A stretch of DNA of 59,690 nucleotides from an uncultured Selenomonas sp. (GCA_905373085.1 CAJPRR010000001.1:1-59690), one strand, 5' to 3'. Positions 1 through 9,383 are shown, numbered from the stretch's first letter. Numbers and translations: made by a program. Notes: generated by a model not told the origin, from the letters alone.

Positions 1-1
1 C

Positions 2-640
2 CATCTTTGCTATGCGCCTGTGCTGCGCGATATGCCAAAGCCCGGCGGGGATGCGCCGTTCGTGAAAAATGGCTATATCACGTTTGGCAGCTTCAACAAC
101 TTCTGCAAGGTGTCGGACGACATGCTCGCCTTGTGGCGCGGCGTGCTCGAGCGCATGAAGGGTGCGCATCTCGTCATCAAGAGCAAGATCTGCAGCATTG
201 CGGCGGGCAGGAAGATCGTAAAGGAGCGTCTGCACCGCTTCGGCATACCGCTCGCGCAGGTCGAGCTTCGCCCGTACAGTCCCGATTACCTTGAGCAGTA
301 CAGGGACATCGACATCGCGCTCGATACGGCTCCCTATACGGGCGGCGTCACGACGTGCGAGGCGCTCTACATGGGCGTTCCCGTCATCACGAAGGCGGGC
401 GGCACGCACGGCTCGCGCTTTTCTGCCGGCATCTTGGAAAACGCAGGGCTTTCACAGCTCGTGGCGCGAGGCGATATGGAATACGTGCGAAAAGCCGTGG
501 AGCTTGCGGCATCGCCCGACATCCTGCGCCGCCTGCACCGCGATCTGCGCATGCGCATGGAGGCTTCGCCGCTGATGGACGCGAAGGGATATATGAAGGA
601 CTTGGAGGGCATCTACCGCGAGATTGCCGATGACGTCTGA
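2..640 (+). CDS. SPINDLY/O-GlcNAc transferase-like (GT41) glycosyltransferase, C-terminal part (5' truncated by window edge)
   Basis: Frame open from position 2. Motifs FGSFNN..KVS and DIALDTAPYTGGVTTCEALYMGVPVIT are typical of the SPY/OGT catalytic C-terminal domain. Confidence 0.85.
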   Translation, partial: HLCYAPVLRDMPKPGGDAPFVKNGYITFGSFNNFCKVSDDMLALWRGVLERMKGAHLVIKSKICSIAAGRKIVKERLHRFGIPLAQVELRPYSPDYLEQYRDIDIALDTAPYTGGVTTCEALYMGVPVITKAGGTHGSRFSAGILENAGLSQLVARGDMEYVRKAVELAASPDILRRLHRDLRMRMEASPLMDAKGYMKDLEGIYREIADDV

Positions 641-731
641 TCCTGCAGGAGGCGCGGCAGGGATGCGCGAAGAAGAAAGGTGCGCGGCGCAGCATGCTCC
701 GCCGTTTGGCAAGAAGAGGGAGGCGAAAGCA

Positions 732-1475
732 ATGGGTGACGAAAAGATCACCGCGTTCTGCAATTTGTTGAAGGAAAGCAGCAACATCGTATTCTTCGGC
801 GGCGCCGGCGTTTCCACGGAATCGGGAATTCCCGATTTTCGCAGCGCTGCGGGACTTTACAGCACGATGCTTGCACAGCACGTTTCTCCCGAGGAAATTG
901 TCTCGCATACGTTTTTCGAGCGATGCCCGGAGGAATTCTTCGATTTCTACCGCAAGCGTCTCGTCTATATGGACGCGAAGCCCAACGACTGCCACAAGGC
1001 GCTCGCCGAGCTTGAGCGCATGGGCAAGCTCAAGGCAGTCGTCACGCAGAATATCGACGGCCTGCACCAGGAGGCCGGCTCTTCGCGCGTCTTGGAACTG
1101 CACGGCTCGATCCGGCGCAGCTACTGCATGGACTGTCATGCGCTTTACGATGAAAAATTCCTGCAGGCGAGCGAGGGCGTGCCGCATTGCACGAAGTGCG
1201 GCGGCATCGTGAAGCCGGATGTCGTGCTCTACGAAGAAAGCCTTGACGCCGATGTGCTCGACGCTGCCGTACGTGCGATCTCTGCGGCGGATCTCCTCAT
1301 CGTCGGCGGCACATCGCTCATCGTCTATCCGGCGGCAGGGCTTCTGCGCTGTTTCCGCGGCCATCGGCTCGTGCTTATCAACAAGACGGCGACGCAGGCG
1401 GACAAAAAAGCGGATCTCGTGATTCACGACTCCCTTGGCAAGGTATTTCGCGAGGCGATGGCCGGCCTGACGTAA
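732..1475 (+). CDS. cobB: NAD-dependent protein deacylase (Sir2/sirtuin family)
   Basis: [26 protein letters not shown], two CxxC Zn-ribbon pairs, GTSL. Start moved to ATG 732, which follows GGGAGG. Confidence 0.9.
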   Translation: MGDEKITAFCNLLKESSNIVFFGGAGVSTESGIPDFRSAAGLYSTMLAQHVSPEEIVSHTFFERCPEEFFDFYRKRLVYMDAKPNDCHKALAELERMGKLKAVVTQNIDGLHQEAGSSRVLELHGSIRRSYCMDCHALYDEKFLQASEGVPHCTKCGGIVKPDVVLYEESLDADVLDAAVRAISAADLLIVGGTSLIVYPAAGLLRCFRGHRLVLINKTATQADKKADLVIHDSLGKVFREAMAGLT

Positions 1476-1532
1476 AAATCACGGGATGTCGCCTGTGCAG
1501 CAAGAAAAATTCAACATTCCTTTCCTGCATCT

Positions 1533-1560
1533 TTGATTATTTAGAAAAATGTGTTAAAAT
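1533..1560 (+). promoter_or_regulatory. sigmaA-type promoter of codY
   Basis: TTGATT (1533-38), 16 bp spacer, TG-n-TAAAAT extended -10 (1552-60). Confidence 0.55.
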
Positions 1561-1624
1561 GAAGTTGCAGGCAATAGCCTGAATTTGGAAGTCGTATTGC
1601 CGTGGAGAAAGGAATGGAATTTGC

Positions 1625-2401
1625 ATGGCGACATTATTGGAGAAAACGAGGAAGATCAACCGTCTGCTGCAGCGTGCGGAGAGCGTCGAGTACGACAGCA
1701 TATCGCGCGTCCTGAGCGCGGTGATCGATGCGAATGTCTATATTGTGAACAAGGCGGGCAAGATCTTCGGACATGCCTTCATCGACGATTTCGAGTGCGA
1801 CCTGATGCTTGCCAACGTCGTGCAGCAGGGAAGTTTCCCCAAGCGATATGTGAGCTGGCTGCTGAAGATGGACGAGACGTCGCCGAACTTGAAGTCGAAG
1901 ACGGGAACCTGCGCCTTCACAGAGGATACAGACTGTCGATTTGAGGGAAAGAACACGACGATCGTGCCGATCTACGGCGTGGGCGACCGCATCGGCACAT
2001 TGATCATTGCGAAGTATGACACGGATTTCACGGAGGCCGATCTGATTCTCGCCGAGTACGGCGCGACGGTTGTCGGCATGGAGATGCTGCGCGACCGCAC
2101 GCAGCAGATCGAGATCGAGGCGCGCAAGAAGGCGACGGTGCAGATCGCTCTGGCAACGCTTTCCTTTTCGGAGGTCAGGGCGGCGAAGAGCATCTTCAAC
2201 GAGTTGAAAGGTTCCGAGGGGCTGCTCGTCGCCTCGAAGATCGCGGATCGTGCGAAGATCACGCGCTCCGTCATCGTCAATGCGCTGAGGAAGTTCGAGT
2301 CGGCGGGCCTCATCCAGTCGAAGTCTCTCGGCATGAAAGGAACGCACATCAAAGTGCTCAATCCTTATTTGCTCGAAGAGCTTCAGCGGGTGGAGAACTG
2401 A
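1625..2401 (+). CDS. codY: GTP/BCAA-sensing transcriptional regulator CodY
   Basis: N-terminal LLEKTRKIN, GAF domain, and wHTH ASKIADRAKITRSVIVNALRKFESAG..SLGMKGT. Confidence 0.97.
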   Translation: MATLLEKTRKINRLLQRAESVEYDSISRVLSAVIDANVYIVNKAGKIFGHAFIDDFECDLMLANVVQQGSFPKRYVSWLLKMDETSPNLKSKTGTCAFTEDTDCRFEGKNTTIVPIYGVGDRIGTLIIAKYDTDFTEADLILAEYGATVVGMEMLRDRTQQIEIEARKKATVQIALATLSFSEVRAAKSIFNELKGSEGLLVASKIADRAKITRSVIVNALRKFESAGLIQSKSLGMKGTHIKVLNPYLLEELQRVEN

Positions 2402-2415
2402 AAAACAATGAAAAG

Positions 2416-2450
2416 CAGGGGTATGCCGAAGCGTGCCCCTGTCTTTTTTC
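2416..2450 (+). terminator. Rho-independent terminator after codY
   Basis: CAGGGGTATGC-CGAA-GCGTGCCCCTG hairpin followed by TCTTTTTTC. Confidence 0.8.
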
Positions 2451-2501
2451 TCTCTTGTTATAGGACTATTTTACAGTCGTTAAAAAAAACTGAGAAATGG
2501 A

Positions 2502-2530
2502 GTGAATCATTTACGATTTTATGGTAGAAT
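2502..2530 (+). promoter_or_regulatory. possible sigmaA-type promoter of the fla/che cluster (extended -10)
   Basis: TG-G-TAGAAT at 2522-2530, weak -35 GTGAAT 17 bp upstream, A-tract at 2482-2489. Confidence 0.4.
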
Positions 2531-2551
2531 AGAAAGTGCAAAATTACGATG

Positions 2552-2617
2552 GATAAATTTGTTAATTACTGTAGATAAATTTGGTGATTGCCGTGCATAA
2601 ATTCGAATAATGGTTTT
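2552..2617. repeat. three imperfect direct repeats with 22-bp period upstream of flgB
   Basis: GATAAATTTG at 2552 and 2574, CATAAATTCG at 2596. The first two 22-mers are 17/22 identical. Confidence 0.6.
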
Positions 2618-2679
2618 GTGCCTCAGAGGATGCATGTTTGGCTTTTGCCTCATATTTTTTGAAAAAGAAGGACGATGGA

Positions 2680-2708
2680 AAAGGATTTTTTCTCATCTTG
2701 TCGAAATT
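2680..2708 (+). promoter_or_regulatory. sigmaH-like promoter upstream of flgB
   Basis: AAAGGATTT-N11-GTCGAAATT compared with the sigmaH consensus RNAGGAWWW-N11/12-RNNGAATWW. Confidence 0.5.
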
Positions 2709-2744
2709 TAGAGAGAGTTAAGAGAAAGGATGTGGAAAACCGCA

Positions 2745-3158
2745 ATGCTGGAGCAAATCGTAGGAGGCAAGGCGCTCGACGTCATGCAGCGCGGTATGGG
2801 GGCGGCGAACCTTCGACAGGAGGTCATCAGTCACAACATCGCCAACGTCAACACGCCGAACTTCAAGAAGAGCGATGTCATTTTCGAGGATCTTCTCGCG
2901 AAGGAGCTTGACCTCGATGCAACGGGCAGGCTCAAGGTCGTTCGCACGCATGACCGTCATATGCCGATCGCTTTCCGAGGCAGAGCTGCTGCGAAGGTCG
3001 AGCTTGATCCATCGTCTTCCATGCGATATGACAAGAACAACGTGGATATTGATGTCGAGATGGCGTCTTTGGCCAAGAACAGCCTTTACTTCAACGCTTT
3101 GGCCAGGCAGGTCGGAGCCGAGTTCTCCCGTATGAGGACTGTCGTCGCAGGGCAGTGA
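2745..3158 (+). CDS. flgB: flagellar basal-body rod protein FlgB
   Basis: RQEVISHNIANVNTPNFK and NNVDIDVEMASLAKN. Start at ATG 2745 after AAAGGATGTGG. Confidence 0.95.
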   Translation: MLEQIVGGKALDVMQRGMGAANLRQEVISHNIANVNTPNFKKSDVIFEDLLAKELDLDATGRLKVVRTHDRHMPIAFRGRAAAKVELDPSSSMRYDKNNVDIDVEMASLAKNSLYFNALARQVGAEFSRMRTVVAGQ

Positions 3159-3221
3159 GTCGGGGAAGCCCGGGAGCTGATGTAGAGTTCGTGTGATGCA
3201 AGGAGCAAGGAGAGTAGAAAG

Positions 3222-3665
3222 ATGAGCATGTTTGGAGGAATTGATGCTTCCGCTTCCGGACTTACGGCGGAACGTCTGCGAATGGATGTGATTTCGAACA
3301 ATATCGCGAACGCGAATACGACGCGCTCGGTGGAGGGCGGACCGTATCACAGGCGTTATGTCGTTTTTCAGCCGCGTGAGAGGGGGAAGGAGGACTTCGC
3401 TTCCACCTTGCGCCAGAAACTCGACAACCAGGCGGGCAACGGCGTGCGCGCCATGAAGATCGAGGAAGACCGCTCCCAAGGGCCTTTGGTCTATGACCCC
3501 GGTCATCCCGACGCGAATGCAGACGGCTACGTCGAGCGCCCGAATGTCAACATCGTGCAGGAAATGGTGGACATGATCACGGCTTCGCGCGCTTATGAGG
3601 CGAATGTGACGGCAATCAACGCCGCGAAGGGCATGGCGCAGAATGCGCTGAACATAGGGAAATAA
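3222..3665 (+). CDS. flgC: flagellar basal-body rod protein FlgC
   Basis: SASGLTAERLRMDVISNNIANANTTR, YDPGHPDA, EMVDMITASRAYEAN. Confidence 0.97.
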   Translation: MSMFGGIDASASGLTAERLRMDVISNNIANANTTRSVEGGPYHRRYVVFQPRERGKEDFASTLRQKLDNQAGNGVRAMKIEEDRSQGPLVYDPGHPDANADGYVERPNVNIVQEMVDMITASRAYEANVTAINAAKGMAQNALNIGK

Positions 3666-3725
3666 GAGCGCATGACGTATGCGGCGAAGATGTAGGCAGC
3701 AGTTACGGATCGAGGTGGGAAGAAT

Positions 3726-4025
3726 ATGCAGGTGGAAGCGCTGCAGATGACGCCGGTGCAGATGACCGGCCAGAGTCATCTGGGAGAGACCGAGCAGAGG
3801 GAAGTGAAACCCTTCAGTGAATTTCTTACGGATTCCCTCGGCGAGGTCAACGGACTGATCAAGGAATCCGATCGACTCAATATGGAACTTGCGGCAGGAC
3901 GCATCACCGACGTGTCCGAGGTCGTCATCGCGAGCGAGAAGGCGGGCATTGCCACGCAGCTCACGATGCAGATACGGAATCGTGCGGTTGAGGCCTATCA
4001 GGAAATCATGCGCATGCAGGTCTGA
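3726..4025 (+). CDS. fliE: flagellar hook-basal body protein FliE
   Basis: C-terminal QIRNRAVEAYQEIMRMQV, and gene position. Confidence 0.95.
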   Translation: MQVEALQMTPVQMTGQSHLGETEQREVKPFSEFLTDSLGEVNGLIKESDRLNMELAAGRITDVSEVVIASEKAGIATQLTMQIRNRAVEAYQEIMRMQV

Positions 4026-4099
4026 TTTTTGACAGGGACGGCCGGTCGTCGGAGGCAAACGGACTTCGGCAAGCACATTGAGGCGAAGGGATTGAGGAA

Positions 4100-5689
4100 A
4101 TGGCAGAGTGGAAAGAGCGATACTTGGAGCTCTGGAATAATTACAGCAAGCGGCAACGGTACATGATCGTCGGCGCCGCAGCTCTCGTATTCATTGCCAT
4201 TGTTGCCGGCAGCATCATCTATGGCGGCAAGCCGGACATGGTGCCCTTGTTCACGAACATGGAAGCGAAGGACGCCGGCGAAGTTGCGGCGAAGCTCAAA
4301 GAGAACAAGGTGGATTACGAGATACAGGAAGGCGGACAGGGAACGACGATCCTCGTTCCTGCGAAAAATGTTGACAGCACGAGGCTTGAGTTGGCTGCCG
4401 AAGGTCTGCCCAGAGGCAACAAGGGCTTCGAGCTTTTCGATGACAGCAAGCTCGGCGTGACGGAGTTCCAGAACAAGGTCAACTACTTGCAGGCCTTGCA
4501 GGGCGAGCTTACACGCACGATCGAACAGCTCGATGCGGTCGAGAAGGCGCGTGTGCACATCGTTCTGCCGGAGGACAGCCTTTACAAGAAGAACGAGAAG
4601 CCGGCGACGGCGTCCATCATGCTCAAACTCAAGGCGAATGCGCAGCTGTCCAAGAAGGAGATCAAGGGCATCGTGAACCTTGCCGCACACAGCGTGCAAG
4701 GATTGACGCCGGAGAACATCACGATCGTCGACGAGTCGGGCAAGATCTTGAACGATCCCGATGAGAACGGTGATGACGGCGTAGGCCAGAAGACGCTGAC
4801 GCAGATGGAAATGACGAAGAAAGTTCAGGACAATCTGCAGAAGAACGTCCAGAGCCTCCTCGATGCATCGCTCGGCGAGGGAAAGTCGTTCGTGCGCATC
4901 AGCGTCGAGCTGGATTTCGACCAGAAGATGACGGACTCGCAAATCTATACGCCCGTCGTCGATGAATCGGGCATCGTGCGCAGCCAGCAGACGACGAGCG
5001 AGAGCTATGCGGGAACATCGACGCAGCCCGGCGGTCCTGCCGGCACGCAGTCCAATGTTCCGGGCTACGTTGAACAGAACAACAACTCGCAGGCGCAGTA
5101 CGAGCGCAAGGAGAATACGACGAATTACGAAGTCAATGAGGAGAAACGCAAGATCGTTGCTTCGCCTGGCTCGATTCGCCGCCTGACGGTCGCCGTCCTC
5201 GTCAACGATGATGTGACGCAGGCGCAGCAGGAGAGCATCCTGCGCTCCGTGCGCTCTGCCGCAGGCATCAATCCCGACCGCGGCGATACGGTTTCCGTCG
5301 AGCCGTTGCCGTTCAGCACGGAGGCGCGTGACAAGAAGCTCGCCGATGAGCAGGCGGAGCGCGATCGGCTCGACCGTGAGTTCTACTTGCAGCTCGCAGC
5401 GTTCCTGCTCGTCATCGCGCTGATCGTCGGCAGCATTCTCATGTATCGCCGCAAGAAGCGCCTCGAACAGGAAGCCATCGAAGAGCAGCGCCGTCAGGAA
5501 GAGCTCGAGAGGCAGCGCCTCGCCGAGGAACGCGCCGCGCAGATCGAAGCGGGCGAGGTCACGGAGGAAGAGCTTACGGAAGAAGAGCAGAGACAGCTCA
5601 CCGAGATGCAGGCGATCGAAGAGATGATCATGCATACGCCGGAAGATGCGGCTATGCTGGTCAAGCAGTGGCTGGCGGGGGATGATTGA
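4100..5689 (+). CDS. fliF: flagellar MS-ring protein FliF
   Basis: Two TM segments, GFELFD, ALQGELTRTI, ARVHIVLP, ATASIML. Confidence 0.97.
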   Translation: MAEWKERYLELWNNYSKRQRYMIVGAAALVFIAIVAGSIIYGGKPDMVPLFTNMEAKDAGEVAAKLKENKVDYEIQEGGQGTTILVPAKNVDSTRLELAAEGLPRGNKGFELFDDSKLGVTEFQNKVNYLQALQGELTRTIEQLDAVEKARVHIVLPEDSLYKKNEKPATASIMLKLKANAQLSKKEIKGIVNLAAHSVQGLTPENITIVDESGKILNDPDENGDDGVGQKTLTQMEMTKKVQDNLQKNVQSLLDASLGEGKSFVRISVELDFDQKMTDSQIYTPVVDESGIVRSQQTTSESYAGTSTQPGGPAGTQSNVPGYVEQNNNSQAQYERKENTTNYEVNEEKRKIVASPGSIRRLTVAVLVNDDVTQAQQESILRSVRSAAGINPDRGDTVSVEPLPFSTEARDKKLADEQAERDRLDREFYLQLAAFLLVIALIVGSILMYRRKKRLEQEAIEEQRRQEELERQRLAEERAAQIEAGEVTEEELTEEEQRQLTEMQAIEEMIMHTPEDAAMLVKQWLAGDD

Positions 5690-5690
5690 T

Positions 5691-6707
5691 ATGGCTGAAC
5701 AGAAGAATCCGCCCCTGACGGGGCGACAAAAGGCGGCAGTCCTCTTCATCGCGCTCGGCGCTGAAAGTTCGGCGCTCCTCTTCCAACATATGAACGAGGA
5801 AGAAATCGAGTCCGTAACGCTGCAGATCGCGAATCAGAAGAAGGTGCCGCCCGAACAGAAGAAAGCGGTCATCACCGAATTCTACCAGATGCTCATGGCG
5901 AAGAGCTATCTGTCGGCCGGCGGACTCGAATACGCGCAGAACATCTTGGAGAAGGCGCTTGGCGTAGAGAAGGCGAAGCTCATTCTCAATCGCTTGACGG
6001 CGAGCCTGCAGGCGCGTCCTTTCGACTTCCTGCACAAGACAGATCCGAGCCAGCTCATGAATTTCATTCAGAACGAGCATCCGCAGACGATCGCCTTGAT
6101 CATGGCGTATCTCGACCCCGATCAGGCGGCGATCCTCATGGGATCGTTGCCGCCCGACAAGCAGGCGGAGGTCACGAAGCGCATCGCGACGATGGATCGC
6201 ACGTCGCCGGACATCATACGAGAGGTGGAGAAGGTCTTGGAGCGCAAACTGTCCTCGCTCGTCACGCAGGACTTCACATCGGCGGGCGGCGTAAAGGCTG
6301 TCGTCGAGATCTTGAACCGTGTCGACCGCTCGACGGAAAAGACGATCACGGAAACGCTCGAAGTCGACAATCCCGAACTTACGGAAGAGATCAAGCGTCT
6401 CATGTTCGTTTTCGAGGATGTCGTCATGCTCGACGACCGCTCTCTGCAGATGGTGCTCCGAGAGGTCGACACGAAGGATTTGTCACTCGCCCTCAAGGCC
6501 ACGCCGAAGGAAGTTGCCGACAAGATTTACAAGAACATGTCGAAGCGCGCCGCCGACATGCTGCGTGAAGAGATCGAGTTCATGGGACCTGTGAAAATTC
6601 GCGATGTCGAAGAGGCGCAGCAGAAGGTCGTCAATGTCATCCGCAGTTTGGAGGACAAGGGCGAGATCGTCGTTTCGCGCGGAAAGGGTGACGAGATGAT
6701 TGTCTAG
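5691..6707 (+). CDS. fliG: flagellar motor switch protein FliG
   Basis: QKAAVL, EHPQTIAL, MFVFEDV, KNMSKRAA. Start at ATG 5691. Confidence 0.97.
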   Translation: MAEQKNPPLTGRQKAAVLFIALGAESSALLFQHMNEEEIESVTLQIANQKKVPPEQKKAVITEFYQMLMAKSYLSAGGLEYAQNILEKALGVEKAKLILNRLTASLQARPFDFLHKTDPSQLMNFIQNEHPQTIALIMAYLDPDQAAILMGSLPPDKQAEVTKRIATMDRTSPDIIREVEKVLERKLSSLVTQDFTSAGGVKAVVEILNRVDRSTEKTITETLEVDNPELTEEIKRLMFVFEDVVMLDDRSLQMVLREVDTKDLSLALKATPKEVADKIYKNMSKRAADMLREEIEFMGPVKIRDVEEAQQKVVNVIRSLEDKGEIVVSRGKGDEMIV

Positions 6708-7491
6708 GATAATCAGAACTGCGCTGTGGCAGGAAGAAGCCTGCGTCGTCGAGCCGCCGCCCCCGCCGCCGAAGCCCAAGGTGCTGCCGAAGGAATTGGA
6801 AGGCGTCACGGAGGAATCGCTTGCCGAGCGCTTGGCGTATGTGAGAGAAAAGGAACTGAAAGCGGAGACGCTGCTCGAAGAGACGCGCGAAAAGTGTGCG
6901 ATCATGGTGCAGGACGCCGAGTACGCGAGCGAACGAAGCGAGACGGACGCGCGCAACCTCGCTGAGGAAATCAAGGAAGAGGCACGTGAGGCGGGCAAGG
7001 AGGAAGGCTTTCAGGAAGGCCACAAGGATGGCATGAAAAAGGCGGCCGAGGATTGCGAGGACATCATCGCGGCGGCGAACGACAAGGCGGAAGCCTTGGT
7101 GAGCGCGGCTCTTGAAGCGCGCAAGGTCTATCTGCAGATGGCGGAGGAGGACGTTACGAGCATAGCGATGCACGTCGTCGAGCAGATTCTGCCGCAGCAC
7201 TTTGTCGACGCTCCTCAGATCATCCTGCCTCTCGTGCGCAAGGCGTTGATGAAAGTGCGCGATCAGGCGGAAGTCATCGTCTACGTCGCGCCGGACTCCT
7301 ACGAATTCGTGCTCATGGCACAGTCGGAATTTCAGCAGATGCTCGAAGGACAGGCGGTGCTCCTCGTCAAGTCGGATGCCGGACTCAAGCCTGGCGACTG
7401 CGTGCTTGAAACGCCGAACGGCAACGTCGATGCTCGTCTTGCCACGCAGATCGAACTTGTGAAGAAAGCGATACAGGATGTGTGTCTATGA
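6700..7491 (+). CDS. fliH: flagellar assembly protein FliH
   Basis: GxxxG repeats (GKEEGFQEGHKDG), C-terminal GDCVLETPNGNVDA. Lies between fliG and fliI. Confidence 0.92.
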   Translation: MSRIIRTALWQEEACVVEPPPPPPKPKVLPKELEGVTEESLAERLAYVREKELKAETLLEETREKCAIMVQDAEYASERSETDARNLAEEIKEEAREAGKEEGFQEGHKDGMKKAAEDCEDIIAAANDKAEALVSAALEARKVYLQMAEEDVTSIAMHVVEQILPQHFVDAPQIILPLVRKALMKVRDQAEVIVYVAPDSYEFVLMAQSEFQQMLEGQAVLLVKSDAGLKPGDCVLETPNGNVDARLATQIELVKKAIQDVCL

Positions 7492-8915
7492 ATGACGTGC
7501 AGGAAGCCCGTACGGCTTCTGAATGGGAAACTTCATCATGGGAGGACGAGGCGCAGCCGGACGTCTTTGACGACGGAGGCGACGCTGTCCTGACGGGAGA
7601 CGGGCGCTTGCGCATCAACGTGCAGAAGTTCCTCGATGCCGCCGATGCCTGTGAGTCGATCAAGATGAGCGGCAAGATCGTGCAGGTCATCGGGCTCGTC
7701 ATCGAGTCTGCAGGGCCGAACGTAAGCATGGGCGAGCTTTGCTACGTGAAGTCGCGCTTCTTGCATGTCGAGCCGATTCCTGCCGAGGTCGTGGGCTTCC
7801 GTGACGGCCATGTTCTCTTGATGCCGATCGGCGAGATGCAGGGCATAGGCCCGGGGTGCGAGGTGGTTTCGGCGCAGAAGACCTTGCAGGTGCAGGTCGG
7901 GCCGGAACTTCTGGGACGCGTCCTCGACGGTCTCGGCGAGCCGATCGACGACAAGGGGCCGCTCCTTTGCAAGCGCGACTATCCGCTGCAGGCCGATCCG
8001 CCGCCGCCGCTTGAGCGGCCGCGCATTCATGATTCGCTCTACGTCGGCGTGCGTGCCATCGACGGCCTCATCACCCTCGGCGATGGGCAGCGCATTGGCA
8101 TCATGGCGGGGTCGGGCGTTGGCAAGTCAACGCTTCTCTCCATGATCGCACGCAACACGGAAGCTGACATCAGCGTCATCGCTCTCGTCGGCGAGCGCGG
8201 GCGCGAGGTCAAGGAGTTTATCGAGCGCGATCTCGGCGAGGAAGGGCTCAAGCGCTCCGTCGTCGTCGTCGCCACGTCGGACAAGCCGGCGCTCGTGCGC
8301 ATCAAGGGCGCGATGACGGCGACTGCCATTGCCGAGTACTTCCGCGACCAAGGCAAGCGCGTCGTGCTCATGATGGATTCCGTCACGCGCTTCGCGATGG
8401 CGCAGCGCGAGGTCGGTCTGACGATCGGCGAGCCGCCGGCGACGCGCGGCTATACGCCGTCGGTGTTCGCTCTCCTGCCGCGCCTCTTGGAGCGTGCAGG
8501 GACGAGCCGCAAAGGCTCGATCACGGGCATCTACACGGTGCTCGTCGACGGCGATGACATGAACGAGCCGATCGCCGACGCCGTGCGCAGCATCTTGGAT
8601 GGCCACATTGTCCTGTCGCGTGCCATTGCCGCACAGAACCACTTCCCTGCCATCGACGTGCTCGCGAGCGTTTCGCGCGTCATGAACGAGGTTGTCGATG
8701 ACGCGCACCTCGAGGCGGCGCAGAACTTGCGCGCTCTGATGGCGGTCTACAAGGAGGCTGAGGATCTCATTCACATCGGCGCCTATGTCAAGGGATCGAG
8801 CCGGAAGATCGATACGGCGGTCGCGAAGATCGACGCGATCAACGACTTCCTCTGCCAAGGCATCTTCGAGCAAAGTTCCTACGAAGAGACGGAAAAGGCC
8901 TTGGAGGCAATCTGA
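7488..8915 (+). CDS. fliI: flagellar export ATPase FliI
   Basis: Walker A AGSGVGKS, GERGREV, MMDSVTRFAMAQRE, LDGHIVLSR. ATG overlaps the fliH stop. Confidence 0.97.
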   Translation: MNDVQEARTASEWETSSWEDEAQPDVFDDGGDAVLTGDGRLRINVQKFLDAADACESIKMSGKIVQVIGLVIESAGPNVSMGELCYVKSRFLHVEPIPAEVVGFRDGHVLLMPIGEMQGIGPGCEVVSAQKTLQVQVGPELLGRVLDGLGEPIDDKGPLLCKRDYPLQADPPPPLERPRIHDSLYVGVRAIDGLITLGDGQRIGIMAGSGVGKSTLLSMIARNTEADISVIALVGERGREVKEFIERDLGEEGLKRSVVVVATSDKPALVRIKGAMTATAIAEYFRDQGKRVVLMMDSVTRFAMAQREVGLTIGEPPATRGYTPSVFALLPRLLERAGTSRKGSITGIYTVLVDGDDMNEPIADAVRSILDGHIVLSRAIAAQNHFPAIDVLASVSRVMNEVVDDAHLEAAQNLRALMAVYKEAEDLIHIGAYVKGSSRKIDTAVAKIDAINDFLCQGIFEQSSYEETEKALEAI

Positions 8916-8921
8916 TGAGGG

Positions 8922-9383
8922 GTGCGCCTGATGAAGAGATTTCGCTTCAAGTTGGAAACCTTGCTGAAGGTCACACGCTCGAAGAAGGAAGAGGCTGAGG
9001 TGCGGTTCGCCGAGGCGTCGAGGAAACTCGAAGCGGACAAGGAGAAGCTCGGCGAACTCTTGGCGGAGATGCAGCAAGGCAGGAAGGACTATGACCGACT
9101 GACAGACGGGCATACGATCTCTCTCGGGCGTCTCCTGACGTTCAACAGCTTCTTCGAATGGAAAAGGGGACAGATTGAAAATCAGCAGGAGCAGATTCTC
9201 AGAAGCCGCGCGGAACGGCAGAAAAGGCTCCGGACGCTCCTGCAGATCATGAACAAGCTCAAGAGCATCGAGCAGCTCAAGGCGAAGCGGCTTCAGCAGT
9301 ACAAGGAAGAGGCGCTTCTCGAAGAGCAGAAGCTTTTGGATGAGATCGGCCTGCAGCTCTATATGCGGGGCGTGAACGTATGA
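8922..9383 (+). CDS. fliJ: flagellar export protein FliJ
   Basis: KRFRFKLETLL and C-terminal EQKLLDEI, coiled coil. Start is GTG 8922 or ATG 8931. Confidence 0.93.
   Translation: MRLMKRFRFKLETLLKVTRSKKEEAEVRFAEASRKLEADKEKLGELLAEMQQGRKDYDRLTDGHTISLGRLLTFNSFFEWKRGQIENQQEQILRSRAERQKRLRTLLQIMNKLKSIEQLKAKRLQQYKEEALLEEQKLLDEIGLQLYMRGVNV

Noticed and set aside
732..1475. Sir2 gene as an anti-phage NADase (Thoeris/DSR type)
   Set aside because: It is a canonical short Zn-ribbon sirtuin deacylase with no partner defence genes.
2482..2489. A8 tract as a phase-variation site
   Set aside because: It lies upstream of the candidate -35 and outside the promoter spacer or any CDS, so it is more likely an UP element.
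2451..2744. c-di-GMP riboswitch or invertible flagellar switch upstream of flgB, as in Clostridioides difficile
   Set aside because: No GGCAAA...GACGCAAA core, no long flanking inverted repeats, and no recombinase in the window. An Rfam scan would be the definitive test.
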